Shown: positions 20,656 through 28,525 of the stretch, piece by piece
How the letters are laid out: the number at the start of each line of letters is the position of its first letter
Position numbering within the stretch: the stretch's first letter is position 1
Source: an uncultured Alphaproteobacteria bacterium
GTDB lineage: Bacteria > Pseudomonadota > Alphaproteobacteria > HIMB59 > GCA-002718135
Direction: 5' to 3'
Length of the DNA: 45,022 bases
NCBI GenBank assembly: GCA_902619045.1
Contig: CACNCX010000003.1
Span: forward strand, 1-45,022
Notes under the pieces: model-generated
The model's database searches: none
The model's input: the letters and a program-made list of their open reading frames with translations, nothing else
Told to the model about the DNA's origin: nothing
Position numbers and translations under genes: made by a program

Positions 20656-20796
20656 AAGATGTAATTAAATTTTATTTTTTACAGACGTGTTAATAGAATA
20701 TTAAATTTTTATAAATTAAACTAATTTTTTAATTTATTGGTTTTCAAATAAATTTTTTAGTTCCTTCAATTTTTGAAAATTGAATCTCTTACTTCT
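20600..20796. repeat. Direct repeat, copy 1 (partner 23610-23807)
   Basis: Aligns at offset 3010 with about 26 substitutions and one indel over ~196 bp (~86% identity, counted by hand). Confidence 0.93.
20734..20796 (-). pseudogene. Frameshifted 3' remnant of arsC
   Basis: Reads EVRDSIF, then a 1-nt deletion, then KLKELKNLFENQ*, matching the C-terminus REVRDSIFDKLKELKNLFEN* of arsC at 23747-24166. Confidence 0.85.
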
Positions 20797-20816
20797 TAGT
20801 AACTATAATTTTAAAA

Positions 20817-21812
20817 TTAATTTTTTGCATTTACAACATTTGATAGAAATTGATTTGCACATTTATCCCAAGTAAATTGCATTGCAAATTTTCTACAATC
20901 TTTTCTATCAATCTTTAAGGCTTTATTAAGTGAGTTTTCAATATTATTATCAAGGCTATCAATTAATGAGTTTTTTAAAATATCTTTAGGACCTGTTACT
21001 GGGTAAGCAGCCACTGGTGTGCCAGAGGCTAAAGACTCTAAAATTACATTTCCAAATGTATCTGTTTTGGATGGGAATACCAATGCTTCAGCATTTGCAT
21101 AATAGTTTGCTAGATCTAGACCTTTTTTCATCCCAACGAAAGACACATATGGATATTTATTTTGTAATCGTTGCTTTTCTGGACCATCTCCAACAACAAT
21201 TTTATGCATCTTAGTTCTTATTTCTAAAAACGCTTCGATGTTTTTTTCTAATGAAACCCTACCAATGTAAACAATATACTTTTTCATTCCCTTTTTTCTT
21301 TTTAAAGGATTAAATAATTCAGTATTAACTCCCCTTGACCAAATTTTAAGATTTTGAAATTGATATTTAGTTAATTCGTTACGCATAGATATTGTTGGGA
21401 CCAATACATTACATGCATTTTTATGAAAATTTTTTAAAAAAGAGTACCCAATTATTTTTGGTATCATTATTCTTTGCTCTATATATTCTGGAAATCTCGT
21501 ATGAAAAGAGGTTGTATATCTCAACTTATTATTCTCACAGAATTTTTTCCCCGCAATTCCAACTGGTCCTTCAGTGGCAATATGTATAACATCTGGATCA
21601 TAATCACCAAAAAATTTTTCTGTTATTTTTTTTGTATTAATTGCTATTTTTATTTCCTTATACCAAGGATAACTAAAATTAGTAAACATCATTGGGTGGA
21701 GTACTTCAATTTGATACTTTTGTTTTAAAAATGGATTAATATGTTGGTATGTATTTACCACACCATTAACTTGGGGAAGCCAAGCATCGGTAATGATCGC
21801 TAATTTTTTCAC
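20817..21812 (-). CDS. GT4 glycosyltransferase (Agt-like), copy 2
   Basis: TDAWLPQVNGVV, TEGPVG, FHTRFPEY, FPSKTDTFGNVILESLASGTPV; paralogue of 15359-16360. Confidence 0.85.
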   Translation of the reverse strand: MKKLAIITDAWLPQVNGVVNTYQHINPFLKQKYQIEVLHPMMFTNFSYPWYKEIKIAINTKKITEKFFGDYDPDVIHIATEGPVGIAGKKFCENNKLRYTTSFHTRFPEYIEQRIMIPKIIGYSFLKNFHKNACNVLVPTISMRNELTKYQFQNLKIWSRGVNTELFNPLKRKKGMKKYIVYIGRVSLEKNIEAFLEIRTKMHKIVVGDGPEKQRLQNKYPYVSFVGMKKGLDLANYYANAEALVFPSKTDTFGNVILESLASGTPVAAYPVTGPKDILKNSLIDSLDNNIENSLNKALKIDRKDCRKFAMQFTWDKCANQFLSNVVNAKN

Positions 21813-22615
21813 ACTAATACACTTTCTGCTAGTTTGTTATGTTTATGTTGAAAAATTTTTTCTCTTTCAATTGACCAGTCAATAAGGGATAATTGTCCCT
21901 CATTATTTTCCACTAGCGCAGAACAACTCTCAACCCAATCACCATCATTGCAATATAAAACTCCATTTAATTTTTTTATAATGGGCTTATGAATATGGCC
22001 GCACACAACAACATCAGCATTTGCTCTTTTAGCACTATCAGATACGGCAAACTCAAAGTTAGAAATAAAATTCGTGGCTCTTTTTGTTTGATGTTTGAGA
22101 AATTGAGATAATGACCAATAAGATAGACCTAGTTTTCTTCTGACAAAATTTAGATAGTTATTCAACTTTAATATAAATTCGTATAGAGATGACCCAATAC
22201 TTGCCAGCCATTTAGCGTTTAATATAACTGCATCAAATTCATCACCATGTAAAACAAGGGCATTTCTTCCATCAGCTAATTTGTGTGTAAACTTATTTTT
22301 TATTGATATATTCCCTAGTGAAAAACTTGTGTAACTTTTCACAAGTTCGTCATGATTACCTGGGATAAATATTACTTTTGTACCTTTTCTTGCTTTACGC
22401 AAAATCTTCTGGATAATGTCATTATGAGTTTGATGCCAATAAATTTTTTTTTTCATTCTCCATGCATCAATAATATCGCCAACTAAAAATAAATATTTTG
22501 AATCTGTTGATCTCAAAAATTCAAGAAGCATTTCACTCTTGCTATTTTCTGTTCCTAGATGAAGATCAGATATCCATATAGTTCTATAATATGAAACTGA
22601 TTGCTGATCTTTCAT
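21809..22615 (-). CDS. plcP: PlcP-type phospholipase C, copy 2
   Basis: WISDLHLG, PGNHDE, HGDEFDAV, CGHIH, NDGDWVESCSAL; paralogue of 14557-15369. Confidence 0.8.
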   Translation of the reverse strand: MKDQQSVSYYRTIWISDLHLGTENSKSEMLLEFLRSTDSKYLFLVGDIIDAWRMKKKIYWHQTHNDIIQKILRKARKGTKVIFIPGNHDELVKSYTSFSLGNISIKNKFTHKLADGRNALVLHGDEFDAVILNAKWLASIGSSLYEFILKLNNYLNFVRRKLGLSYWSLSQFLKHQTKRATNFISNFEFAVSDSAKRANADVVVCGHIHKPIIKKLNGVLYCNDGDWVESCSALVENNEGQLSLIDWSIEREKIFQHKHNKLAESVLV

Positions 22616-22626
22616 TTTATTAATAA

Positions 22627-22660
22627 ATAATAGAAAGAATTTGTTAAAATTTTATTTCAA
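22627..22660 (-). promoter_or_regulatory. Pho-box-type promoter of plcP copy 2
   Basis: Minus strand reads TTGAAAT-AAAA-TTTTAAC-N10-TATTAT. Confidence 0.55.
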
Positions 22661-22692
22661 TTACATTAACTAAATTTTTTTTTACAGAAGTA

Positions 22693-23535
22693 TTAATTAA
22701 ATATTGAGTTTTTATTACTTGGATCTAATCTATAAGTGCTATTCCTTAAAAATTTTGTAATCTCTATAAGATTGCCAATTTCTTTTATGGTTTCAAAGGG
22801 TATTCTTTGTCCAATATGAACATCAATTTTTTTTCCCATTCTTCTTTTAAGTTCATATATCATTAAAGAATATCGAAAGACTTGCCCAATTTTATCAGCA
22901 ACATGAAAAAGTTCGCTATTTTGTCCTTCAAAAAAAATTGGGAGGACAGGTGATTGAGTTTTCATTATTATTTTTGAAGTAAATTGTTTCCATTCACGAT
23001 CTATTGCTTTGATTCCTTTTTTTAATTTTGGTTTCGTTGAAACTGATCCTGATGGAAAAATGATTAGTGCCCCATTATTTCTTAAGTGTTCTTCGCATTC
23101 TTTACGTGCAGCGATATTATTTATTAAAGCATTTCTATTTTTTGAAAAATCAAGAGGAATAATTTTATTCTTAATAAGATCTGCTCCTTGTAAAACTTTA
23201 TGCGTAATAATTTTGTAATCTTGTCTAATTTTACTAATTAAAGAGCATATTGTAAGACCATCAGCTATTCCAAATGCATGGTTAGCGATTACTACAAGTT
23301 TGCCATTTTTAGGAATATTACTTTTAGAATGATAATGTGTCTGAACACGGAGACCTAATCTTTCAATTGCATCATGCCAAAAATTCTCTGGAGGTAAATT
23401 TTCTCTTAAATAATCCTCATACAACTTACGTAACTTAATTTTACCCGTTCCCAATTCGGTTAATTGAATAATAATCTTTCCAACAGGATTAACTTCGGAG
23501 TTAGAAAAGGTAAGCGCTGGTTTATTAATTTTCAT
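22693..23535 (-). CDS. Lysophospholipid/glycerolipid acyltransferase (PlsC superfamily)
   Basis: HxxxxD motif ANHAFGIADG, IIFPSGSVS and VLPIFFEGQNS. Confidence 0.8.
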   Translation of the reverse strand: MKINKPALTFSNSEVNPVGKIIIQLTELGTGKIKLRKLYEDYLRENLPPENFWHDAIERLGLRVQTHYHSKSNIPKNGKLVVIANHAFGIADGLTICSLISKIRQDYKIITHKVLQGADLIKNKIIPLDFSKNRNALINNIAARKECEEHLRNNGALIIFPSGSVSTKPKLKKGIKAIDREWKQFTSKIIMKTQSPVLPIFFEGQNSELFHVADKIGQVFRYSLMIYELKRRMGKKIDVHIGQRIPFETIKEIGNLIEITKFLRNSTYRLDPSNKNSIFN

Positions 23536-23550
23536 AAAATTTACTTTAAA

Positions 23551-23584
23551 TTCTTAATTTTATAATGTTAAACAATTGTTAAAG
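23551..23584 (-). promoter_or_regulatory. Pho-box-type promoter of the acyltransferase
   Basis: Minus strand reads CTTTAAC-AATT-GTTTAAC-N10-TAAGAA. Confidence 0.55.
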
Positions 23585-23603
23585 TACTCGAAAAAGGAGA
23601 AAT

Positions 23604-23665
23604 AAAAAATTAATCCCACTCACAATTATTGGTAATTAGCAGGAGGAAATAATACTGTGAGTGGT
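23604..23665 (-). ncRNA. Candidate PhoB-dependent small RNA, copy 2
   Basis: ACCACUCACAGUAUUAUUUCCUCCUGCUAAUUACCAAUAAUUGUGAGUGGGAUUAAUUUUUU: 9+6 bp stem, CCUCCU in the loop, U-tract. Upstream is ATTTAAT-N4-CATTAAT-N4-CTGTAAA-N10-TAAATG-N6. Confidence 0.55.
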
Positions 23666-23807
23666 AAGAAGCATTTAAATTTTATTGTTTACAGATAGAT
23701 TAATGGAATATTAAATTTTTATAAATTTAATTAATTTTTAACTTCATTAATTCTCAAATAAATTTTTTAGTTCTTTCAATTTATCAAAAATTGAATCTCT
23801 TACTTCT
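23610..23807. repeat. Direct repeat, copy 2 (includes the 3' end of intact arsC)
   Basis: Partner of 20600-20796. Confidence 0.93.
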
Positions 23808-24166
23808 CTAAATTTATCTAATTGGTTTGAACTAAAATGATCTGATGCCGGATCATCAAATGGTATTGAAAATATCTGAGCTTTGGAATTTAAAACTGGA
23901 CATACCTCTTCTTTACAAAGCGTAAAAACGGTATTTAATTCATCTCTAAATTTGTTGTCTAAACTTTCAAAATCTTTTGAATAATGTTTTGATATATCAA
24001 TATCGATTTCACCCATAACCTCGATAGCATTAGGATTAACTTCTTTGGGCACTGATCCTGCACTTTGAATAATGCAGTTAGGATATAATTTTTTTGCAAT
24101 TCCTTCAGCCATTTGACTTCTTGCTGAATTAGCAACACACATAAAAAGAATATTTTTATTTTTCAT
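23747..24166 (-). CDS. arsC: Arsenate reductase ArsC (LMW-PTP/thioredoxin type)
   Basis: LFMCVANSARSQMAEG P-loop, TLCKEEVCP and FDDPA. Confidence 0.88.
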   Translation of the reverse strand: MKNKNILFMCVANSARSQMAEGIAKKLYPNCIIQSAGSVPKEVNPNAIEVMGEIDIDISKHYSKDFESLDNKFRDELNTVFTLCKEEVCPVLNSKAQIFSIPFDDPASDHFSSNQLDKFREVRDSIFDKLKELKNLFEN

Positions 24167-24390
24167 GTTAGCAAATAAATATATCCAAAAATAAATAGTG
24201 GGAGTTGTAAACCAAAGTTTGTGAGCAGAGCTCTATCTTTTGTCATATAACCAACAATTGACCAACCAACAGCACCTGTACCGTGAATAATTATGTTAAT
24301 TGGATACGCATTTAAATTGGTTAATAATATTCCTGATAAAATTAACGCGGTGCTAAACCACTTAATTCTATTAATTGATAAATCTGTCAT
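24163..24390 (-). CDS. Small membrane protein (DUF6552-like)
   Basis: 75 aa, hydrophobic, KW..T..L...N.YP.N pattern. It has an AGGAG SD, and its stop overlaps the arsC start (ATGA). Confidence 0.65.
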   Translation of the reverse strand: MTDLSINRIKWFSTALILSGILLTNLNAYPINIIIHGTGAVGWSIVGYMTKDRALLTNFGLQLPLFIFGYIYLLT

Positions 24391-24445
24391 ATCTTCTCCT
24401 AAATTCTATATATTGCGAATATTACACTTTACTTAAAGATAAAGA

Positions 24446-24474
24446 TATTAATCAAATTGTAACAAAAATTTAAC
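24446..24474 (+). promoter_or_regulatory. Pho-box-like repeats upstream of DUF47-pit
   Basis: TATTAAT-CAAA-TTGTAAC-AAAA-ATTTAAC. The TTGTAACAAAA unit is identical to the one upstream of phoB. Confidence 0.6.
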
Positions 24475-24513
24475 ATTTCTTTCTTTTTTTTTGAAAAGTT
24501 CTATAAGCACGCC

Positions 24514-25176
24514 ATGTTTGGATTAAAAAGTGCATCATTATTTGGTGATACCAAAAAGCTTGAAAGAGAAATTGATGAGTTTGTTGATATTGTCTCTGAA
24601 GTGGGCTTAGTATTTAAATCGATAGTTCCAACTTATCTCAATCATTCCGCCAATGGTAAATTTGAGGAAATGGTTGAAAAAGTTAAAGAAATGGAAAGTA
24701 AGGCCGACAAAATTACAAAAGATGTTGAGCATACTCTTTATGAAGAAACACTAATCCCAGATGCAAGAAGTGATGTGTTACGACTTCTAGAACACATCGA
24801 CGAATTAATTGGAATGTACCAAGGAAATTGCTATCACTTCTCTATTCAAAAACCTAATTTTCCAAAAGAATTTCATGAAGATCTTATTGAGTTAACAGAG
24901 ACTGTTGTAAATTGTGTTGAGTCACTTTGTTTGACTGTCCGATCATTTTTTAGAGATATTAAATCTGTTAGAGATAATGCTCATAAAGTAACTTTTTATG
25001 AAAAAGAATCTGATATAAAATTTAGTTCACTTGCAAGAAGAATTTTTGATTCTGAATTACCTCTAGATCAAAAAATGCATCTTCGATATTTTGTAGAAAA
25101 GATTGATCGTATTTGTGATCAAGCAGAAGACATAGCTGACGAGGTTCAAATTTACGCTATTAAACGTTCCGTTTAA
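24514..25176 (+). CDS. DUF47/PhoU-like phosphate transport regulator (pit accessory protein)
   Basis: ESKADKI, EKESD and ICDQAEDIAD repeats; immediately before pit. Confidence 0.85.
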   Translation: MFGLKSASLFGDTKKLEREIDEFVDIVSEVGLVFKSIVPTYLNHSANGKFEEMVEKVKEMESKADKITKDVEHTLYEETLIPDARSDVLRLLEHIDELIGMYQGNCYHFSIQKPNFPKEFHEDLIELTETVVNCVESLCLTVRSFFRDIKSVRDNAHKVTFYEKESDIKFSSLARRIFDSELPLDQKMHLRYFVEKIDRICDQAEDIADEVQIYAIKRSV

Positions 25177-25182
25177 TTTTCA

Positions 25183-26235
25183 ATGGAAATTACAATTCTA
25201 ATTTTTTTATTTGGTGGTCTTTTTTTAGGTTGGTCACTTGGTGCCAATGATGCAGCAAATGTTTTTGGAACTGCAGTTGGAACACGAATGGTTAGTTTCA
25301 CAAGTGCAGCAATAATTTGTAGTGTCTTTGTTATTCTAGGTGCAATTATTAGCGGAGCAGGTACAACAGAAACCTTAGGAAAGTTAGGTGCTATTAATGC
25401 ATTGCCTGGTGCTTTTGCAGCATGTGTGGCTGCAGGAATATCTGTTTATTTAATGACTAAAGTTGGCTTGCCTGTTTCAACAACGCAAGCAATTGTTGGA
25501 GCAATTGTTGGTTGGAATTTATACACGGGATCTTCAACTAATCTTCAAGTTTTAATTACTATTTTAGGAACATGGATACTCTGCCCTATCATTGCAGGAG
25601 TTATTGCAATGGGTTTATTTACTTTTACAAAAAGAGTTATACTCAATAGAAAATTACATATTCTCAGACTTGATGCCTATACAAGAACAGCTTTACTTTT
25701 AGCGGGTGCTTTTGGTGCTTATAGTTTAGGTGCAAACAATATTGCTAATGTAATGGGTGTCTTCGTACCTATATCACCGTTTACTGATGTTACTATTGGA
25801 AATTTATTCGTCTTTTCCTCAAAAGAACAACTATTTCTGCTGGGTGGTTTAGCCATAGCTGTTGGTGTTTTTACTTACTCGAAAAGAGTTATGTTTACCG
25901 TGGGTAATGATCTCTTAAAAATGACACCAGTGGCAGCATTTATTGTTGTTATATCGCATTCTATTGTTTTATTTTTATTTGCATCCCAGGGCATAAGTGC
26001 TTTTTTACAATCTATAAATCTTCCTTCTATACCTTTGGTACCAGTATCAAGTTCCCAAGCTGTTGTTGGTGGCGTAATTGGAATTGGTCTTTTAAAAGGA
26101 GGAAAAGAGGTTCAATGGTCAATTGCAGGAAGAATTTCTTTGGGTTGGATGACGCTACCTATAATTGCAGCTTTAATTTCTTTAATTGTTTTATTTATTC
26201 TAGAAAATATTTTTAATTTAACGGTCTCTTTTTAA
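25183..26235 (+). CDS. pit: Inorganic phosphate transporter, PiT family
   Basis: GANDAANVFGT, PVSTTQAIVG, GANNIAN, PVSSSQAVVG. Confidence 0.92.
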   Translation: MEITILIFLFGGLFLGWSLGANDAANVFGTAVGTRMVSFTSAAIICSVFVILGAIISGAGTTETLGKLGAINALPGAFAACVAAGISVYLMTKVGLPVSTTQAIVGAIVGWNLYTGSSTNLQVLITILGTWILCPIIAGVIAMGLFTFTKRVILNRKLHILRLDAYTRTALLLAGAFGAYSLGANNIANVMGVFVPISPFTDVTIGNLFVFSSKEQLFLLGGLAIAVGVFTYSKRVMFTVGNDLLKMTPVAAFIVVISHSIVLFLFASQGISAFLQSINLPSIPLVPVSSSQAVVGGVIGIGLLKGGKEVQWSIAGRISLGWMTLPIIAALISLIVLFILENIFNLTVSF

Positions 26236-26756
26236 TTAACTGCTCGATAAGAAAAAATAAAATCTTCCTGTATTTTAGATTCAATAGCTCCTTTTCTTCT
26301 TGATCGCACTAAATCAATAGCTTCTTGTTTTTCATAATTAAATTCAACAAGTAAAATAGCAGCTATAGTGCCAGCTCTTCCTTTTCCTCCACGACAATGT
26401 AAGACTATATTTTTACCATCTATCAATTCGTTCTTTAATAAAACTTTTGTTGTTTCCCATTTATATTTAAAATCTTTATCTGGTGCTCCCATGTCATAAA
26501 TGGGTAAATGGTACCAATGTAATTTATGTTCATAAATATTTTTGACAAACAAAGTTTTATCACACAATTTTTCAAATTCGCTATCTTCAACAAAAGAAGT
26601 AATAGAACTACAATTATTATTTTTAAATATTTCTAATTCGTTTGCTAAAATTGTTTCTTCAAATAAACCATTAGAGTTAAGACCTGGGAAAGAAGTTAAT
26701 ATAATTTTTCCTGCAAATGACTTAGAGTCAATAAAATCATAATTGCTAAATTGCAT
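26232..26756 (-). CDS. Cys-based dual-specificity/tyrosine phosphatase (CDKN3-like)
   Basis: HLPIYDMGAP and VLHCRGGKGRAGT (HCxxGxGR). Confidence 0.85.
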   Translation of the reverse strand: MQFSNYDFIDSKSFAGKIILTSFPGLNSNGLFEETILANELEIFKNNNCSSITSFVEDSEFEKLCDKTLFVKNIYEHKLHWYHLPIYDMGAPDKDFKYKWETTKVLLKNELIDGKNIVLHCRGGKGRAGTIAAILLVEFNYEKQEAIDLVRSRRKGAIESKIQEDFIFSYRAVN

Positions 26757-27332
26757 TTACGCTTGTTTAGCTAAAAAAGACTCTCTTGCTTCTTCTAAAT
26801 AGGGACGGAAATGTTCAACATCGGGAGTTTTTTTATCTAGAACTTTTGCTAAATCATCAAATCTCCTAAGCTCTATTGCTTCATCCATAAAAGGTTTGCT
26901 TATAAATGCATCTGCTTCTTCTTTTGTGAAAGGACCGCCTTGAACTTTTAATGAAAGTTTCGATGCTTCTGATAGGCTATCATAATAACCCTCTTCAACA
27001 CTTGATAAATATCTTTTTGAGTCAACATGTGCTCTAATTGGTAAAATAACATCCTCACCAAAATATTTTTTTAAAAAATCAGCACCTAAATTTTCATGAT
27101 GACCATCTTTGCCTTCATGAATGGGATCGCCGTCCTCATAGATAAGGTGGCCAACATCATGCAGTAATGCTGCAGCAATTGTTGGTCCTGGTAATTTATT
27201 TTTTTCAGCAAGTTCAGCGCATTGGAGTGCGTGCTCAAGCTGTGTCACATCCTCATTACCATATTGAATATCAGCACCTTTTGTTTTCAAAAGATCTAAG
27301 AGATAATCTACAATATTTTCTTTCATTCTCAT
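26757..27332 (-). CDS. phnZ: HD-domain phosphonate oxygenase PhnZ-like
   Basis: YGNEDVTQLEHALQ, LLHDVGH, HENLGA, HVDSKRYL, LSEASKLSLKVQGGP, LRRFDDLAK; divergent from phnW. Confidence 0.8.
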   Translation of the reverse strand: MRMKENIVDYLLDLLKTKGADIQYGNEDVTQLEHALQCAELAEKNKLPGPTIAAALLHDVGHLIYEDGDPIHEGKDGHHENLGADFLKKYFGEDVILPIRAHVDSKRYLSSVEEGYYDSLSEASKLSLKVQGGPFTKEEADAFISKPFMDEAIELRRFDDLAKVLDKKTPDVEHFRPYLEEARESFLAKQA

Positions 27333-27420
27333 TTATAATTAACTTATTAGAAAATAAATTCAATTCCAACTTTAATAAGATTGATCAAATTTATAATAAT
27401 ATTTATTAAGTAAATATTTA

Positions 27421-28518
27421 ATGGATAAAAAATTATTAACCCCTGGGCCTCTCACGACATCGATGTCAACAAAAGAGGCAATGCTTCATGATTGGGGTTC
27501 GAGAGATACAAAATTTATTGATCTCAATGCATCAATTAGAGATTCCCTTGTTAAATTAATAGACGGTGAAGATAAATATCAATGTGTTCCAATGCAGGGA
27601 AGTGGAACTTTTGCTGTAGAGTCGATGGTGAGCTCTCTTACTCAAAAAGATTCTAAAATTCTGATTCTGATCAATGGTGCTTACGGACAAAGAATGAAAA
27701 AAATGTGCACATATTTAGGGAGAGATTTTATTGAATATGAAGTTGCTGAACATGAAGTACATGACATCAATAAAATTGAAGAGTTAATTGATAACAACAA
27801 CTTAACACACGTCTTTGCTGTATATTGTGAAACAACATCGGGTATTTTAAATCCTATTGAAGACATTGCAAAATTGGTTGAAGGGAAAAATTTATCGTTA
27901 TTCATCGATGCAATGAGTGCCTTTGGTGCATTACCCTTAAGTTCTAAAACAATTACTTTTGATGCTGTAGCCGCTTCATCAAACAAATGCTTAGAAGGTG
28001 TGCCAGGTGTTGGTTTCATTCTTGTAAAAAATGAAGTTATTCAAAATGCAAAAGGCAATAGTCACTCACTAAGTCTAGACTTGTATGATCAATGGCAAGC
28101 AATGGAAAAAAATAAACAATGGCGATTTACACCTCCAACACACGTATTAGCTGCATTCAACCAAGCTATTGAAGAACATAAAGAACAAGGCGGTGTAGAA
28201 GGAAGAGGTAAAAGATATAAAAAAAATTGTGAAATTATTTGTAATGGAATGAAAGAGTTGGGATTTGAGCAACTACTTCCTGATAATTTACAAGCACCAA
28301 TTATTATTACTTTTAAACAACCTAATGATCCTAAATTTAACTTTGACCAATTTTATAATGCTCTTAGTGAAAAAGATTTTTTAATTTATCCAGGAAAACT
28401 AACAGTGGCAGAAACTTTTAGAATTGGGTGTATTGGTAATTTAAATGAACAAGACATGATGGATACAATAAAAGCTGTAAAAGAAGTTGTTACTGAGTTG
28501 GGACTAACATTAAACTAA
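27421..28518 (+). CDS. phnW: 2-aminoethylphosphonate--pyruvate transaminase
   Basis: LLTPGPLTTS, DWGSRD, QGSGTFAVE, CETTSGILNP, SSNKCLEGVPG, QWRFTPPTH, IYPGKLT. Confidence 0.95.
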   Translation: MDKKLLTPGPLTTSMSTKEAMLHDWGSRDTKFIDLNASIRDSLVKLIDGEDKYQCVPMQGSGTFAVESMVSSLTQKDSKILILINGAYGQRMKKMCTYLGRDFIEYEVAEHEVHDINKIEELIDNNNLTHVFAVYCETTSGILNPIEDIAKLVEGKNLSLFIDAMSAFGALPLSSKTITFDAVAASSNKCLEGVPGVGFILVKNEVIQNAKGNSHSLSLDLYDQWQAMEKNKQWRFTPPTHVLAAFNQAIEEHKEQGGVEGRGKRYKKNCEIICNGMKELGFEQLLPDNLQAPIIITFKQPNDPKFNFDQFYNALSEKDFLIYPGKLTVAETFRIGCIGNLNEQDMMDTIKAVKEVVTELGLTLN

Positions 28519-28525
28519 CAAAACA

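Noticed and set aside
23641-23698. Plus-strand AGGAGG followed by a GTG-started 13-codon ORF (MSGKKHLNFIVYR) in repeat copy 2
   Set aside because: Copy 1 has GCG in place of GTG and a stop after five codons, so the peptide is not conserved. The G-U-compatible change and the U-tract favour a minus-strand RNA.
20600-23807. Repeats as a CRISPR array, IS ends or att sites
   Set aside because: There are only two long diverged copies, no repeat-spacer periodicity, no terminal inverted repeats, and no cas, transposase or integrase gene.
27333-27420. Pho box in the phnZ/phnW divergent spacer
   Set aside because: One half-site-like CTTTAAT with no in-register partner; cannot be supported.
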